Under the pieces are notes generated by a model, which worked only from the letters and a program-made list of their open reading frames with translations, was not told the origin of the DNA and searched no databases. DNA of 64,000 bases from Mobula hypostoma. Lineage: Eukaryota. The position numbers and the translations under genes were made by a program. The stretch spans positions 136,836,001 through 136,900,000 of the forward strand of contig NC_086097.1 in the NCBI RefSeq assembly GCF_963921235.1. The letters run 5' to 3'. Positions 1 through 12,409 of the stretch are shown here, piece by piece (within the stretch, counting starts at the first letter, position 1; every line of letters starts with the position of its first letter).

Positions 1-345
1 GCTGTGGCTTCCCCCGGTAGGTTGACCCCGGACCCCCAAAGTTATCTGAAGCGGTATACTTATTATTGAGGGAAACATCCACAAGGGTACTCTTCACTGG
101 CTGCCTATTCCCTTTCTCTCTCCTGATGGTCACCCAGGTTCCTGCTTCCTGCAGCTTAGTAGTGAATCCATACCTGTAGCTGCTATCACCTGTCTCCTCA
201 TTTTCTTGTTTGAGCCAAAGGTCATCAAGCTGCAGCTCCAGTTCTTTAACACAGTCTGCAGCTTGGTGCATTTCATGCAGATGTAGTTATCAGGGAGACT
301 GGATGTCTCCCAGAGTTCTTACATCACACACAAAAAACAGCACAG
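1..345 (-). mobile_element. CR1 LINE ORF1 N-terminal remnant (Cys/zinc-finger plus coiled-coil region)
   Basis: The minus strand reads ETSSLPDNYICMKCTKLQ..VKELELQLDDL..WVTIRR..LNNKY, typical of chondrichthyan CR1 ORF1. It is disrupted and runs off the window edge. Confidence 0.7.
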
Positions 346-522
346 AATCTGGACCCATTCTCAACACACTAGGTATGTACGAACTGAAAAAAATGAAGTT
401 ACTTACTTAGAACTTCTGCCTGTGCTTGCCCAAGCCTGTTGAGCCAAAGTCTGGCCACTCCAACATTGTCCACTCACACAGTGGGCGCTCAACTTACACC
501 TTCCTTTTTTTTTATTGGCCCC

Positions 523-920
523 GTGCTGATTGCAGCCCGCCAAAAAGAGATGAAAGCACAGCTCCTTTTTAAACTTTGCGCTGCATCACCAACAAATGAA
601 TTCCTGTGCTAGTTGCAGCCTGCCAAAAGGACTGAAAAGCACTTTTTAAACCTCACACTGCATCATCAGTGAGCGACTTCTTGCGCTGATTGCTGTCTGC
701 TGAAAATAGCCAATGCACCAGAACTCTTTTTAAACCTTGCACTGTGTCACCAATGAATGACCTCTCACACTGATTGCAGCCTGCCAAAAAGAGCTGAAAG
801 CACTGGATCTCTTTTTAAACCTTGCGCTGATTGCAGCCCTCCGAATGCACTGGAGCTCTTTTTAAATCTTGTGCTGCATCACCAATGTACAGTCTCTCGT
901 GATGATTGCAGCCCGCCAAG
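523..920. repeat. Degenerate ~80-bp tandem array (about 5 units)
   Basis: Recurrent motif gctgattgcagcc..ccaaaaa..tgaaagcac..tttttaaacc..gctgcatcaccaa. Confidence 0.75.
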
Positions 921-927
921 TCACTGG

Positions 928-1082
928 GCACATTTAAAGTGGAATTTGATAAGTTCTTAACTAGTAAAGTTACAGGTGAAAAGGCAGGAGTTGAGACGGA
1001 AAATGAAACAGCCATGATGGAAGGGCAGAGCAGACTCATGGGGCTGAATGGTCTAATTTTATTCCTGTTTCTTATGGTCTTA
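928..1082 (+). mobile_element. CR1 3' end fragment
   Basis: FKVEFDKFL ORF2 end followed by the typical CR1 3' UTR (gggctgaatggtctaattttattcctgtttcttatggtctt). Confidence 0.65.
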
Positions 1083-1258
1083 CTTACAACAAAGTTATTC
1101 ATTTTTTCTTGTTACACGCTACTCAGCCTGCTCCTTGCTGATATAAACATATTGACCAAGAAATCAATTTGCTATGCATTCCAGAAATATATCCCACTAC
1201 TGTCAATACTAATTTAGATTGGAAATAATTTGGAAAATGTGTAGCTTTGATGGTTGTT

Positions 1259-1430
1259 AGTTGGGTTGAGTTCTCTGCTCTGGGCAATCCGTTTGCAAAC
1301 GCTTCATCATGATACAAGGAGCCATTATCAGTGCGCTGTTCGTTTGTGGTGTGAGCTCCAAATGCTTGGCTTTTAGAATGCTTGTCAATCAGCTCAGTTA
1401 TGACACAGAATCAATTATGTCGTAGGTGCA
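1259..1430 (-). mobile_element. Penelope-like element 3' repeat, left arm of an interrupted palindrome
   Basis: Reverse-complementary to 2713-2811 and similar to the arms at 41808-42437. Confidence 0.65.
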
Positions 1431-2712
1431 TTGTGGTCTGTTACACTCACCTCAATAATAAGCAATTGCTTTGAGAGGCTGGTCAAAGATTACATCTGCA
1501 GCTTGCTACCATCTAAACTGGACTCCCTACAATTCATCTACCAACACAACCGATCGACAGACAACGCAATACCCACTGCTCTACATGCCATCCTGACACA
1601 TATGGAGAAGGAGGATGCTTATGTGAGAATGCTGTTCTTGGACTACAGTTCAGCATTCAACACCATAGTTCCATTCAAGCTTGACAAGAAGCTCAGAGAC
1701 CTCGGCCTTGACCCTACCTTGTGTAGCTGGATCCTGGACTTCCTGTTGGATCGCCAGCAGGTTGTAAGAGTGGGCTCCCTCACCTCCAACCTCTGACTCT
1801 CAATACAGGAGCCCCTCAGGGCTGTTTACTGAATCCCCTCCTTTACTCCCTGTATACCCATGACTGTGTCACTACCCACAGCTCTAATCTGCTAATTAAA
1901 TTTGCCGACGACACAACATCGATTGGCCTTATCTCAAACAATAACGAGGTGGTCTACAGGGAAGAAGTCATCTCTCCGACATAGTAATGACAAGAAAACA
2001 ACCTCTCCCTCAATGTCGCAAAAACAAAGGAGCTGGTTGTGGATTACAGAAGGAGTGGAGACTGGCTAATCCCTATTGACATCAATGGATTTGGGGTTGA
2101 GAGGTTAAACAGCTTTAAGTTCCTCAGCATCCACATCACCAAGGACCTCACATGGTCTGTACACACCAGCTGTATGGTGAAACAGGCACAATAGTGCATC
2201 TTTCATCTCAGATGATTGAAGAAGTTTGGTATGGGCCCCCAAATCCTAAGAACTTTCTACAGGGGCACAACTGAGAGCATCCTGTCTGGCTACATCACTG
2301 CCTGGTATGGGAACTGTACCTCCCTTACTCGCAGGACTCTGCAGAAAGAGGTGCGGACAGCCCAGTGCATCCATAGTTGTGAACTTCCCATGATTCAGGT
2401 GTGTAAAAAAAAGGCCCATAGGATCATTGGGGACCCAAGTCACCCCAACCGCAATCTATTCCAGCTGCTGCCATCTGGGAAATGGTACCGCAGCATAAAA
2501 GCCAGGACCAACAGGCCCAGGACAGCTTCTTCCAGCAGGCCATCAGACTGTTTAACTCACGCTAATTTGAGTGTATTCCATGTTACATTGACTGTTCTAT
2601 TTATTTTAAGTTATTATAAATTACTATGACTGCACATTTAGATGGCGACGTAACATAAAGATTTTTACTCCTCATGTATGTGAGGGATGTAAGAAATAGT
2701 CAATTCAATTCA
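1431..2712 (+). mobile_element. 5'-truncated Rex1/Babar-type LINE (reverse transcriptase pseudogene)
   Basis: RT motifs CFERLVK, QF.Y..NRST, LFLDYSSAFNTI, GAPQG, KFADDT. Contains frameshifts and stops, and ends in a (caatt)n tail. Confidence 0.88.
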
Positions 2713-2811
2713 ACCACATGAAAAATGAACAGCGCACTCATGATGCCTCCTTGTACAGTGAAACATTTGCAAATGGATTGCCAAGATTGGAGAACAACTC
2801 AACCCAACCAC
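2713..2811 (+). mobile_element. Penelope-like element 3' repeat, right arm
   Basis: gcactcatgatgcctcc...gtgaaacatttgcaaa...aactcaacccaacc; inverted copy of about 1259-1350. Confidence 0.65.
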
Positions 2812-3252
2812 TAATTTAGCCCAGTTCATCTGTAGGTTAAAGTCACCAACTACTACTATATTACTTACAAATCTAATTTCCTTACTTACACTGTGCCCTT
2901 CATCAGAATGACTAATAATCTAACTTGGACATGAACATCTGGATAATCGTGTTTAATAGTAGAGAAGCAATGTAGGAAAGTAAGCAATGAGTAATTTGTT
3001 ACAGATGTATAAGACTGTAACCAGACAGCTGATATAAAGAGTTAGAAGAAAGAGCAGATAGCTCAGTGGGACCTAGTTACAGGAGATCTATCCCACCCCT
3101 CCAGTCTCTTCTCTCCCCCCCCCCCTTAAAGATGGGTTGGGATAATGAAGCTGAAGGATTTAGGATGATGATTAGACCTTGTAAATGTGTTTGCAAGCAT
3201 GGGGACCTAGTGGAAACAAGCACAGAAGTGTGAATATAGCAATATTGGTGAG

Positions 3253-3625
3253 CATAAGCCTATAATATATAGGTGCAGAATTACACAATTTGGCCCATTG
3301 AGTCTGCTCTGCCATTCTATCATGGTTGATTTATTATTCCCCTCAACTTCATTCTCCTGCCTTCTCCCTGTAACCTTCGCCGTCTGGACTGATCAAGAAC
3401 CTAACAACCTTTGCTTTAAATATACCTGATGACTTGGCCTCCACAGCCTCTGTGGCAATGGACTCCACAGATTCACCACATTTGATTAAAGAAATTCTGG
3501 CTCATCTCTGTTCTACAGGGATGTCCTTCTCTTCTGAGTCTGTGTCCTGTGGTCCTAGACTCTCTCCCCCCCCCCCCCATTATTGGAAACATCCACTCTG
3601 TCTGGGGCTTTCAATATTCAATAGG
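3253..3625 (-). mobile_element. CR1 3' end fragment
   Basis: Reverse complement of a CR1 3' UTR and ORF2 end (ttggcccattgagtctgctctgccatt...ttggcctccacagcc). Confidence 0.7.
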
Positions 3626-3854
3626 CGACACAGTCTTGAAATCTTTCTTTGTGACTACTGCTGGATATTTTTCTTCAAGTTCACCCAGAAAGCATATAAT
3701 ACCAAAAACTAACAGTGTTTGGCATCACTATTTGGGAATGCATGTTCAAACAATTAAATCTGCTTTAAATTAGACCGTAATATAGATCTCAGAATGGAGT
3801 CCAGTAAGAGTGACCACATAGATTCAAACTCTGTAATGTGGAGAGGACAGTTAT

Positions 3855-3950
3855 CCTGAAGAATGGTTCCGGCCCAAAACGTTGTCTGTTTATTCATGTT
3901 CATAGATGCTGCCTGACCTGCTGAGTTCCTCCAGCATCTTGTGTGTGTTG
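3855..3950 (+). mobile_element. Short Penelope-derived repeat with degenerate hammerhead core
   Basis: cCTGAAGAatggttccggcccAAAAcgtt followed by the family motif gatgctgcctgacctgctgagttcctccagca. Confidence 0.7.
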
Positions 3951-6900
3951 ATCCTATGAATCTTATGGAAATGAACAGCCAGAGAAACCCAGATAATTGC
4001 TTGCTCATTTAAAAAGACTGGGTTTGTCATAATCTAATAAGATTGTGAATTAGAGGCTTTAGATTCTTCTTGTTTTCTCTGGATTTAATTTGTTTTTTTG
4101 TTCTTGACTATTTTAGAAATACACAGAATGGTTTTAAAAAATTAGAAAGTGTAGCCCATCTGGGAATGTACCTAGTGTCAGTTTTATTTTCTGATTTTGG
4201 AAGTGATTGTGTTAGCCTACTCCTGCGATTAAACTTTCAAGTCGGGTATAAAGGACAACTTGGTAAAGCTTTGTCACAGAATATCTTACTTTGCAGTGGG
4301 AAGATTATTAAAGGCATATGCATTTTCTCACTGAGGGCTGAGTAGTGAATACTGTCAATTTGCTTCTGTCTGCAAAATTTTGGTCCTAGTCTTTATTGAA
4401 ACTAGTGAGGAGGTGCTACTGACCTTTGTATTTCTCAGTCAGCAGCAGGTAATTTGACCAGTCTATGCACATTTTTTAATGTCTGAGGTTGTGCATTGAG
4501 TTATGTACAATTTGTCACAGATTGTTTGTCTTCCCTTACTTCTCATAACTTCTGGACAGCTCACAGTGGTGAAAGAATTACCATAGGAATTTATACAATG
4601 TTTTATTATATGGAACCTCAGAACAGCCTGAATATTGTGCAAAAATACTCAGTACATTTGTATGTTGACATAGTTGTAATGTTGCAAGTACTCGTACATG
4701 TTTAGATTCTTAAATGTTGAATTCTGTCTTGGAAATTTTTTAAATTGGAGCTTCAACATAGCTTCTCAAATCATAGTTCACCAAATATAATAGAAGACTT
4801 TGCACAAAGAAAAACATATTACCTCTTAATCCACAATAGTATAACATTTTTGAACTAATAAAGTATCCTTATTTATTTTCCGCTTTTTGGTTAACTGGTT
4901 CAGAAAGCCTAGAAAAATAAACAAGGCTTCCTGAAGGTGAAATGATCTTGACTTATCCTTGCTTTTGCAGTCTATTAAGGAAATATTGGATAGAAATTTG
5001 GAACCATTGATGCTACTGGGCTGTGGAGAAGAGAGTAGCACAGCAGTGTTAGTTTTGGCTTGTTTTGTTCAAGTGCTGGCAGGGGCACAAAAGATCAGAA
5101 AGATTATTCTAGAGTGAATTTGGTTGTACTGTTTCAATGGCTGAGATTTGCTTACACTTGTTTCTTCATCCAAAGCCCTGTTATAGTGTTCCCCATTGCT
5201 TTGCTGTTCACTTATTACTATATTCAACACACTGAACAATTGAGATCACTGTCTCTGTTGCCACTTTGAGGGCAGCTGTGTGTTGTGCTCTACAATATGT
5301 TTACCACCTAGAGACAAGCCTGGTGTAATGTCTTGGTTCTTTTGATTTTAACAAGAAATGCACTTTAAGAAACTGAAAGCCAAACTATAATAGCTATACT
5401 TTAAAATTAAGTGTGATGTGAAGCTGGATTCATCATTGTCAAAATTTGCTTTTTACTGAAACATACCATAATATGCTGACACTAGAATGTAAATGTCAAC
5501 TGTGGTTAAAAGTAATATTTGAAACCTTGCCATGTTGGGCTGATCTTTTCAGTTCTTAATCCTCAAATAACTGTATTTCAGCATTCTGCATTTGCTTACA
5601 AAAACAACTTTGACAGATCTGTCTCTGCAACTATAAGGACTTCTTCCCTTTAAAATTTCAGTCATCCTCTGTTAGAGAAGGTTCTGTTTAACCACGTTTC
5701 TCAGATTGTGAAGAAATGCAAGTCTTTAGCCTGACTGAGGGTTGTTGTTCAGCTGACGTGGACATAATGGCTTGACTTTGCCATAAATTCCTATGGATTG
5801 CTATTTATTCTTTTCATTTATGGAACTTACAAACTGTCAAATGGTGTTTGAATTGGCTGCTGATATTCTTTCACTGTTTAGTAAATATTTTTGACATTTG
5901 AAAAATTGTAGTCTGACTCTTTCGATGGTAGGAGTTGCGATAAATTTGAAATAAAGGTTTTTTTTTCCTCCATGACACTAGCTAGCTGCTAAGTTAGTCA
6001 ATTATGACTTGCAGCATGATGTTCATGTGCCTGGATTTGAAGAGGAAAATGTCATTGACTAGGTTTTCTTTTTGAGAAATTCTCCCCTAGCACCATCAAG
6101 TCTAAGTCGTCAGTTTCTTGAGTGGGATGGGGAGGTGTGAGGTAGACAGAAAATTTCATCATGGTATCACCTTGGGTCACTGCCACCATCACAGGTAGAG
6201 TCGAATGTGAAGTAGGTGCACCCTGTGGCTGAAGTTACTCCATACCGAGCACACCACGTACAATACAAAGTAATAGCTTAGCTGAGGCCCTCCCTGTGTC
6301 AGTGGCTACATTCAAGTCAGTTAGGGCTTTCTCTTTATTCCCCATCTCAAAGCAAGTCACCCAAATCTCTTCCATGAAGGCTGACCACAGCATTATCAGG
6401 TCCTAACCTAATTTGAATTGACACAGATTTTCACATCTGCATGTTCAGAGAGGTCAGTTTCACTATCTCAGCGTAAATACAACCTGTCACTGATGCTAAC
6501 CATTTTTTATTATGTTCCAGATGGGTTTTTTTTCCATAGAATTATAGGGAAAGTGGTGGTGTACTTCTGGAACCAGTGTTGACAAACTGAGGTACTGGCT
6601 AGATGGCTTCAGTATTGGTGAAATGTTGGGATACTGGATCCAGTGGTCCATTATTTTCAGTTCATATAAATGTCCTGAGCTCAGGTATAGGAAGCAATTC
6701 TATAAAATTTTCATCTGAAACAAATTATAGCTCTGTAACAGTTTACAGAGTTTTGCAGCATGGAAGTAGGTCATTGGGCTGACTGAGTTGGCTATCTGTG
6801 TTAATCCCACAGTCAAAGGTTCATTTATTATCAAAGTATGTATATAGTATACAACTCTGAGGCTCTTCTCCAGATAGTCACAACACAAAGAAAATCATGG

Positions 6901-7339
6901 AAGTCAGTTCAGGGAGAAATAGCAAATATAAAAACCTTAAGACTGGAAAAAAAAAATCGTCCATATTCCAAAAACCATAGGCAGAAACCTCAGTAACATT
7001 CACCAGCATTTTCGCAAGACAGGGACTTCAGGCACAGCAACAAGCCACACAGGCTTCCTCTTTGGCAGCAGAGCGATCCCATCAGTAATGTTTACATCTT
7101 CCTCGTAGCTTTAATCTGTGAATAATGGAAGCTTTAATCGGTGAAATGGAGTCAAACATTGGCTCATGCCCTGCCTTGTAGTTTCTTTGCCTTGAGGTTC
7201 GTGCATGCTGCTTCCCAGAATCTTGCTGGAGACCGCAAAGTGCTGAATCACTCAATCAATCTCCAAACTAGAAATTGCAGGCTCTAGCAATTCGAAAAAC
7301 ACATTCAAGATGAAACGCAGACATAAAAGAATGTCATGC

Positions 7340-7700
7340 ATTTGGCCCAAATCTCTCTATTCCTTTCCCTATCAATGAACCTAAGCACTGTGATATTTAT
7401 CTCTACCACCTCCTCTGGCAGCTTGTTCCATATATCTACCATCCGCTGTGTGTAAAAACTTGCTCCTCAGATCTCCTTCAAATATTCCTCCTCTCATCTT
7501 ATCCTATGTTATCCTATGGTTTTAGACTCACCTATCTTTTGAAAAAAATGGACTATTTATCCTATCTGTGCATCTCATAATTTTATAAACCTCAGTAAAG
7601 TTATCCCTAAGCATTCTGCACTCCAATGAGAACAATCCAAATCTATTCAATGTCTCTTTGTAAGTAAAGCACTTCAGTCCAGGTGATATCTTGGTAAATC
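7340..7700 (-). mobile_element. CR1 3' fragment, split by an LTR-type insertion (resumes at 9733-9840)
   Basis: CR1 ORF2 antisense sequence is continuous on either side of 7701-9732. Confidence 0.7.
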
Positions 7701-8159
7701 TGTCGTGGTCTGGTCCGTGACATCCACATTCCAGTTCACAGTCTGGTCCATGGACTCAGGACTCCAGGTCTGCTAGCTGTCCCTTGTTTGACTAAATCAA
7801 AGGCACCTGATTCCCATCTTTGGGCTTGCAATATAAGTAGCCTTGGGATTGAGTGTGGGCTGCTGGTTTGTCTTGTCAGTCCCCCTTGGAGCAACCTGCT
7901 GATGGAAGGCTAGTGAAACCATTTCTGATCTCTAGGCCTGGTTGGAGGACCACTGCTTCATGGAGCCTTGTGGCCACTTGTAGGAGTAGTCTTTGCAGTA
8001 TAGATTGGGTATGTTTCCCGGGCCAGCTGAGTGGCTGCCAGCCACTCCGAGCTAGGTAGGGATCCGGCTGTTTCCGTAGCCAGCTGAGGTTGCTGGCTGA
8101 ACTGAGACTTGGAGCTACCCTGGAGCAGAGATGGAACTGTCTGTTGTTCTTCAGTGTTT

Positions 8160-8950
8160 GTCTCTTCTTGTCCTCGCCTCCGTGGGGTAAGTCAGGCTGT
8201 CTTGCTATTGCTCCGTGGGGGGGGGGGCATGGTCATGTGTTGTCTTGTCTTGTCTTATCCTCGCCTCCGTGGGGTAAGTCAGGACGTCTTGCCATTGCCC
8301 TGTGGGGGGTCATGTCTTGTCTTGTCTTGTCTTGTCCTTGCCTCCGTGGGTTAAGTCAGGCTGTCTTGCTGTTGCTTCACGGGGGGGGTCTTGTCTTGTT
8401 CTCGCCTCCGTGGGGCAAGTCAGGCCGTCTTGCCATTGCCCTGCGGTGGGTCATGTCTTGTCTTGTCTTGTCCTCACCTCCGTGGGGTAAGTCAGGCCGT
8501 CTTACTGTTGCCCTGTGGGGGTACATGTCTTGTCTTGTATTTGCCTCTGTTGGGTAAGTCTGGCCGTCTTGCTATTGCTCCGTGGGGGGGGGGGGGCATG
8601 GTCATGTGTTGTCTTGTCTTGTCTTATCCTCGCCTCCGTGGGGTAAGTCAGGACGTCTTGCCATTGCCCTGTGGGGGGTCATGTCTTGTCTTGTCTTGTC
8701 TTGTCCTTGCCTCCGTGGGTTAAGTCAGGCTGTCTTGCTGTTGCTTCACGGGGGGGGTCATGTCTTGTCTTGTTCTCGCCTCCGTGGGGCAAGTCAGGCC
8801 GTCTTGCCATTGCCCTGCGGTGGGTCATGTCTTGTCTTGTCTTGTCCTCACCTCCGTGGGGTAAGTCAGGCTGTCTTACTGTTGCCCTGTGGGGGTACAT
8901 GTCTTGTCTTGTATTTGCCTCTGTTGGGTAAGTCTGGCCGTCTTGCCGTT
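8160..8950. repeat. ~60-bp minisatellite with a 369-bp higher-order duplication
   Basis: Monomer cctccgtggggtaagtcaggc..tcttgc..(tcttg)n. The variant gcatggtcatgtg recurs at 8227 and 8596, 369 bp apart. Confidence 0.9.
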
Positions 8951-9120
8951 ACTCAACAGATGGACCTGTCCCACCTTGGTGTGGAGGAGTTGAGTTCCGG
9001 CTCTATGTCTATGTTCTGTCCTGTCTCATACTAGTGTCGTGTTAAAGATGAGTCCTGGCTTGTCCAAGGATAAGTCCCGGCTCTATGTTGATGTTTAGTT
9101 CCCAGTCTGTCTGAGCTCTG

Positions 9121-9263
9121 AGAACCCAAGCCTCGACGATCCCGCAGCCAAGCTCCAAGAACCCAAGCCTCGAGGATCCCGCAGCCAAGCTCCTAGAACC
9201 CAAGCCTCGAGGATCCCACAGCCAAGCTCCTAGAACCCAAGCCTCGAGGATCCCACAGCCAAG
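9121..9263. repeat. 37-bp tandem repeat, about 4 copies
   Basis: agaacccaagcctcgaggatcccgcagccaagctcct units start at 9121, 9158, 9195 and 9232. Confidence 0.9.
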
Positions 9264-9463
9264 TCAAGCCTCAAGACGCCAGACCCCAGCCTCTAGTCAA
9301 GCCTCAAGACCCAAGGCCCCAGCCTCTAACCAAGCCTCAAGACCCAAGACCCCAGCCTCTAGCCAAGCCTCAAGACCCAAGACCCCAACCTCTAGCCAAG
9401 CCTCAAGACCCAAGACCTCAGCCTCTAGCCAAGCCTCAAGACCCAGGTCCCCAGCCTCAAGCC
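9263..9463. repeat. 33-bp tandem repeat, about 6 copies
   Basis: agccaagcctcaagacccaagaccccagcctct units; they explain the 11-aa repeat ORF 9297..9506. Confidence 0.9.
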
Positions 9464-10399
9464 ATGTCATGTCCTTGCCTGGTTCTGGGGTCCGAGCCCG
9501 AGGCAAGACCCATGTTCTGGGTCCTTGTCCAGTCTCGGGCTCGGAGTCTAAACCTTGTCTCCTAGTCCATGGTTCCTAGTCCTGGTCCCGCTTTCCCTAG
9601 CCCAAGTCTACATTCTTGTACCTGCTCCTGGTCTGAATCCTGTCGTGTCCCTACTCCAGTCACCTCCTGTTCCTTGTACTTCAGTGTCTGTGTCTTGCAT
9701 TTGGATCCGTTCCCAGCACCCCCTCTGTAGCAAAATCTGTTCTGCACTCTTTCTCACGCTACCACAACCTTTCTGTAGTGTAACGGTCAAAACTGCACAC
9801 AACATTCCAAGTGTTGGCCAACATCTGTACAACTGCAACACGAAAGCTAGTGAGGAGGATAGTTCCGGACTTCAAGGTGACTGGCAAGATTGAGAAATAT
9901 TACAAATGGAGTTCAGCCCAAGTGTGATGTGATGCAATAATGGAAATATTTGGAATGGTAAAATACTGAGCAGTGTGGATGAACAGAGAACTTGACATTT
10001 CTATGTATGCAGAAGGTTAAAGGAAGCAGAACTTTTGTATTTTGGCCTGTGATTGTCTGAGGCTGATTGAGCAGTGAAGGTCTGAATTGGATTTGTTCCT
10101 CATTTTCTGGCCAATTTTGCACAATTTTGCCAGTCTTGTGACTGCACTGAAACAGCTTGGCTAGAGGTATAAAGCTTTGGTACGGCAGCCAGCATATTGT
10201 GTGGCCTTACGGCCTTTGTTTCGTGCAGTGTTCTCAAGTTATTTCCCAATGTCTTGTGGACTGAGCTAAAGACTGGCTTCTGTGATAGTCGGCATTTCAG
10301 GAGAAAGCGAAGTTTGATAATTACTCTCCCAGCATTTCTGGCTTAAGATGGTTGTCAGTTTTCACCTTTAGCACTTGCTTGGTGCCAGTGCCATCAAAG

Positions 10400-10790
10400 T
10401 TCCCCATCATCCAAGCCAGGCCATCTTCTCGCAGCTACCATCTGTCAGAAGGTACAGAAGCCTGAAGTCCCGTACAACCTGGATCAAGAATAGCTGCTTC
10501 GCTTCAACTATTTGGTTCCTGAAACAACCAGCACAACTCTAACCACCTTATCTAGTAACACTATGACCACTATGATACTTTGTATTATAAAAGACTTTGT
10601 TTTATTTTTGGTCGAATTGTGTTGTTTCTAGTAATAATTGTGTACAACTTAAGTTTAGTTTTTGTTTTTCTTGTGAGTGCTACTTATTTGATGCCATGTG
10701 CCTGTGATGCTGCTGCAAGTAAGTTTTTTATTACATCTGTGCAAACATGTAATTGTGTGTATGACAATAAACTCAACTTTCACTTTGAGA
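10400..10790 (+). mobile_element. Rex1/Babar-type LINE 3' end fragment
   Basis: PHHP..IFSQLPS.RRYRSLKS motif, 3' UTR with gacaataaa and a short repeat tail. Confidence 0.7.
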
Positions 10791-11789
10791 GTGGTGATAT
10801 TTTTAGAGCATTAGATTGATGAGGTGTTTAAAATACCATGCAAGTTAATACCAATTCTGATGAATGATCACCATCCTAAAATATTAACTCTTTTTCCAGC
10901 TTTTTCCACTTTTATACAGGTTTCTTGGGTTAGGAAATAGAGGCATTGAATGTATAATATAAGGGATCAGGCTTGTACTTTCTTGAATTACTGGTTAGGT
11001 CTCACCAGGACTATGCATAAATTCGTGCCTAGCTATCTTCCGCTGCTGTCAACTTCTTCTACAATTTGTTTGCTGTTGAATTTTCTGATGCCCAACACCA
11101 AGTTTTTCCTTGAGCATAGAGCAAACTAGGAACAGAAAAAAGCTTCGATGGTGACTGCTGTCTGAGAACTGCTGGAGTTCAGCTCAAAATGCTGAAAAGT
11201 TATATGATTTTCTAATTTATGGGTACTTCAAATGCCAAAGAAAATTAAAAATTGAGTTTAACTTACAGTGCTGCAGCCTGCTGTAATATTTTCATATCCA
11301 CATATTTTTTCATTTAATCATGCTAAAGAGTATTTTTTTAAAGTTTCCAAAATGTACCTTTTTGTACAATTCTTCTTGCAGGAAGTCTTTTCTGGCAGTT
11401 AATTGCTATTCTGACTTGTTTCAGTGAAAAGCAATAGCAATTAGTAATTCATGGAGGTACTGTATATGAATGATTTATACTTAAATGGTTTTGATCGATT
11501 GCAAATCACTAAATGACCAGGTTCCGTACTGATTTAATTTGTAGCTAGGCACAGGAAAATACAAACTGGTGCTCAGAATCTGGGTGTAGTATATCTTACA
11601 CAGATAGGGTATAGAAACATTCCAATGCCAACTCATTTTCAACCTATGTGAGTCTTTGTATTAGTTTAGCTTTGAGAATCGTTTAGTATGCCCACATAGC
11701 TGCTTTTGCTCTGAATGATCCATGAATGCTACCTGATTATTCATTTTTTGCACTACTTATTTATTTCTGTAATTGTCGATTTGCCACCA

Positions 11790-11794
<5 letters not shown>

Positions 11795-11833
<39 letters not shown>

Positions 11834-11845
11834 GTGTGTGTGTGT
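11795..11845. repeat. (TG)n microsatellite
   Basis: About 25 TG units with one CG interruption, ending about 65 bp before the 11910 exon acceptor. Confidence 0.97.
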
Positions 11846-11896
11846 TAGACTAACATGACTAATGAGATGTCAATGTCCACTGAATTAACCCTATGA

Positions 11897-12004
<108 letters not shown>

Positions 12005-12348
12005 TGAGTCTGAAATAGTTTACAGTTCTATTTGATTATGTTGCTGAATTACTTAGAAATCTAAATAATTCTCTTCCTATTGGAATCTTCCTGCAAACGT
12101 CACACCTGAAGTACGTTCTTTTTCACCACCTGATTTCTCTTCCCTGAGTTTCCCCCTCATCTTTTGAACCTTTGCTGTATCTACTTTATCATGAGGATAC
12201 AAGTGGTTGATATAAACTAATGGCAGTATGTCAAATAGAAGAAAGTTGAAACAATATCTATAAAATCATCAGAAATATTTCAGACTTTTTGATACAGAAA
12301 GTTAAGAATGCAAACTGTTGAAACTTTAAAATCCAATTTTAATTTCAG

Positions 12349-12409
12349 TTATCCTGGTGGATTTAAGCAAGTGACTGCTACCCAGCTGCACCTGAAGGAT
12401 CCCACTGCA
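12349..12409 (+). CDS. MRPL13: MRPL13 internal coding exon (equivalent to exon 4): (G)YPGGFKQVTATQLHLKDPTA
   Basis: Acceptor aatttcag and donor gtaagt; 61 bp. Phase is compatible with the previous exon (GG|T) and it carries the GYPGG uL13 motif. Confidence 0.96.

Larger units (their letters stand above)
7701..9732. mobile_element. LTR-type insertion (solo LTR or non-autonomous LTR element), 2032 bp
   Basis: Begins TGTC and ends GCA, with an exact 5-bp TSD AAATC (7696-7700 and 9733-9737). No gag/pol remnants seen. TATA-like aatataag near 7830. Confidence 0.85.

Noticed and set aside
8090..9034. Several overlapping 60-155 aa Cys/Leu/Gly-rich ORFs
   Set aside because: They are translations of a ~60-bp minisatellite open in several frames inside an LTR-type insertion; no protein family is recognisable.
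9121..9463. 33-37 bp repeats of CRISPR-like length
   Set aside because: They are head-to-tail with no unique spacers, there are no cas genes, and the context is eukaryotic.
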